From: Camelus ferus | Taxonomy: Eukaryota | DNA: 64,000 nt | Assembly (NCBI RefSeq): GCF_009834535.1 | Contig: NC_045696.1 | Coordinates: 44,828,001-44,892,000, forward strand | Direction: 5' to 3' | Part shown: positions 61,488 to 64,000 of the stretch, in pieces | Position numbering within the stretch: the first letter of the stretch is position 1 | Layout: each line of letters opens with the position of its first letter | Notes under the pieces: model-generated | Seen by the model: only the letters and a program-made list of their open reading frames with translations | The model's database searches: none | What the model was told of the DNA's origin: nothing | Position numbers and translations under genes: made by a program

Positions 61488-64000
61488 CCTCTTCAGAGGC
61501 CACTGAGTTCCTAGTTAGCTTATTGGGTCAGGATCATATCGAGAAGATTCCTTCCTAAAAAAATCTCAGACATTCTATTAAAACCCCAATTAGTAGACTT
61601 CTAGGCTTCTGAAATGCTACCCCCTTCTCTGACCTTTCTGGGACCAACATTCACCACCCAGGACTTCCAAACCCCACTCTATGGTAATTAAATACACTTC
61701 AGCATCAACACATAAGAGTTATTTGTTGGAATGCCAGGTAGGTTTTTAGAGATCTTAAGTGTATAAATCATATACAAGTCTCTTGGCAGACTGGGCGCAT
61801 TACGTGTTCCGTCTGGCTCTAGCCCACATTTGTCCCCTTTCATTGTCCCAAAAGTCCAGTGTTCAGGACAGGTGCATATAATTGCTTTCTCTATATGCTC
61901 ACATAATTACATGCCAATACTTCCCCTAAATTAGAAATTATATTCAGGCCAGATATTCTGCTGACACCACATTTCTTACCAAATGTCAGAGCCTCTTAAA
62001 AAATATTCTGAGCTCAAAAGGCCTAATTAGGATTTCAGTAATTCATGTCACTGGTCATTAGGACAATCATACAAATCAGCAAGCACTAAGGTACCCAGGT
62101 GCCAAATCGGAACATGAATCTAAAAGATCACAGGTAACATCCTAAAAGATATTAGAAAAGTTTTCTCACTGCTTTCATTAAGCTTTTCCTTGTGTTTTCA
62201 CGTTTCAGGCCCAAGTTCTGAAGATTTATAAAGCTGCTCAGCAGGAAGTTTCAGTGGTGGAGAGGGAACTGTGGGTAGCTGTATTTAAATGACAAATGAT
62301 TGGGAGGGATGATGCTCTGTTTCCTGTGCCCCCAGATGGCACAGGGCAGTCCTGAGGGACAGATGTACTTACTGGTTTAGTGGGAAAATTACAGTCCTTA
62401 AAAACAAGCAAACTTTGAATGGACATCCTAATGAATGGGGGTCTGTGATTTGCTAGCAGTGAGGCCTGGAGCATAACATGAAACTCAGTTACTTCATCTG
62501 TAAAATGGGAATAATACTAATTGCATCAGAGCCTGCTGTCCTTTAAGAATAAAATGCATATGTTAAAGAGAAAATGACTGTGTGCACCATTGAGTGCAAA
62601 TTGGAGATTACTACAGGGCAGGGAAACAAGTTTGAAGGAGTGTAGGTTACAAAGAAGCAGGCAGTAAGCAAAGAAATAAGTATGTTTTCTACACATGGAA
62701 ACTACAAGCAGATCTTTTCCCACACTGGTAAAGAGAAGTCTCTGCGAACTGCTGACTTCCTGGTGGTATCTGTCTAATAGATCAGCCCTTGGGCAAACGC
62801 TGGCCCAGCTGGTTGTGGTTGTTCCCCGAAATGGTTCTCCACACTTACGCAGCGGTTCTCATTCCAGCTGAAGCCAGGTCTGTGCCGCTGTCATCACGCT
62901 AGATGGCAAAGTTAAGGTCTGACCTAAGCAAAAGGATCGCAGTACCTGCTGTATTGGAGGCACTTGATGGATGTACATTCATCTTCCTTTGCCCTTATCC
63001 ATACCCACGATTGATGGAGTGAAGTTTGGGGTGAGGTCCCTTCTTCTGATTCTTTGTTTCCTTTGTATCTTAGGCTATTGCAACAGCGACCTAGTTGCAG
63101 TAGACTACGTTGCAGGAAAAAAGAATTAAATAATTAAAAGAGACGGCTTTAAATATCCTCTGAAGCCAGAGACCTTGAAGCCATCACTAAATAAACTTCC
63201 TACCTCCCTAGACTTTTCCCTCCTCCTTCCCCACGCTCCTTCAAGTCCAGAGAGTCAAAGCTACAGCTGCAAAGGAGGGCTGTGGTGGGAGTTGGGAGAC
63301 AGCAGTCGCGCTGCACGTCTGAGCTCGCCCTTTAGTGAGAGCAAAGTGAAAAATGAAAGCCTCACTCCACGATGAAGCCTAATTAATACCTTGGACTGGA
63401 CACTCTTCCTTGCTCAATTGAGACTGTTTTGTGATTTCAAATAACTATAGAACTGTCTCTTATCTCTCAGTGAACCAAAAAGTCGTGGGTCCTGCCCAAA
63501 TTTCCATCCCAGGAAAGGGAACTCAGAAAGAAGTCTCTTTTCTGCTTGGATGTCTGATTCTTTGGACTGAAAGTCATTGAATGGACAATACAGCAACCAA
63601 AACAATTGCAAATTTTGCCCTGTTATTACTTGTATACTTGGCTTAACATGAGAAAAATGATCTCCTGCACGGTGGAGTCCACACGTGGCAGCAGTTAGGC
63701 TGCTGAAAGAAATTAGGTGATTGATGAGATAAGGACTACATGAGTGGTAATTTCTTTCTCACTGTTCTTCCATGTTCTTTCCTCTTTTGAAAGTCTCACA
63801 CACACCCCAGAGGATGCCACGAATGACTGAATCACCACTGCAAGTAACGAGATGAGCTTTCTACTGCACACAATTACAAATTCAACTTTGTAAACGAATC
63901 CATCTTCTCTTGTATCCTGATAGGCAACTTTGTAAACAGCCTTACAGAAGCCTCGCAATTACTGCCAGCGATAGCAGATTTAAAGGATTGGAGGTCATTG

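Noticed and set aside
58600..64000. Exons of a neighbouring gene (CBLB is the usual downstream neighbour) or an RNA gene
   Set aside because: No recognisable coding exon, tRNA or snRNA; only an MLT1 LTR, short repeat traces and unique intergenic sequence.
1..64000. A previously undescribed multi-gene biological system
   Set aside because: Everything substantial is explained by ALCAM and transposon fossils. The novel candidates are limited to the RNA-processing and sequence-evolution hypotheses listed, none of which is demonstrated by sequence alone.

Overview
This is AT-rich mammalian genomic DNA containing most of the ALCAM (CD166, activated leukocyte cell adhesion molecule) gene on the + strand. 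It holds coding exons 2-15 (4568-50970) and the non-coding last exon 16 (52514 to about 54977). Exon 1 and the promoter lie upstream of the window. The 14 coding exons sum to 1679 nt and join in one open frame with consistent phases: V-V-C2-C2-C2 Ig domains, stalk, TM helix and a cytoplasmic tail ending ...KTEA*. With the expected 73 coding nt from exon 1 this gives 583 aa. The introns and 3' flank carry three 5'-truncated, relatively young L1s, old L1M, L2 and MIR fossils, MER5A and MER58A DNA-transposon remnants, MLT1 solo LTRs, microsatellites and small tandem duplications. The repeat content suggests a camelid-like cetartiodactyl (inference). I see no prokaryotic-type system, RNA gene or new protein-coding gene; the ORF-track entries are ALCAM exon read-throughs, L1 remnants or noise. 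The most interesting observations concern RNA processing: (1) a GC-AG intron 11 with a second, 4-nt-shifted GT-AG pair that keeps the frame but removes an N-glycosylation sequon; (2) the sALCAM read-through stop in intron 3 with a poly(A) signal next to CA repeats; (3) a GTAAGT overlapping the acceptor of cassette exon 13; (4) a stop-free intron 10 encoding a hydrophobic tail; (5) 3'UTR miRNA seed sites; (6) local CpG-dense patches. Comparisons with human ALCAM and repeat-family names are from recall, not from a search.
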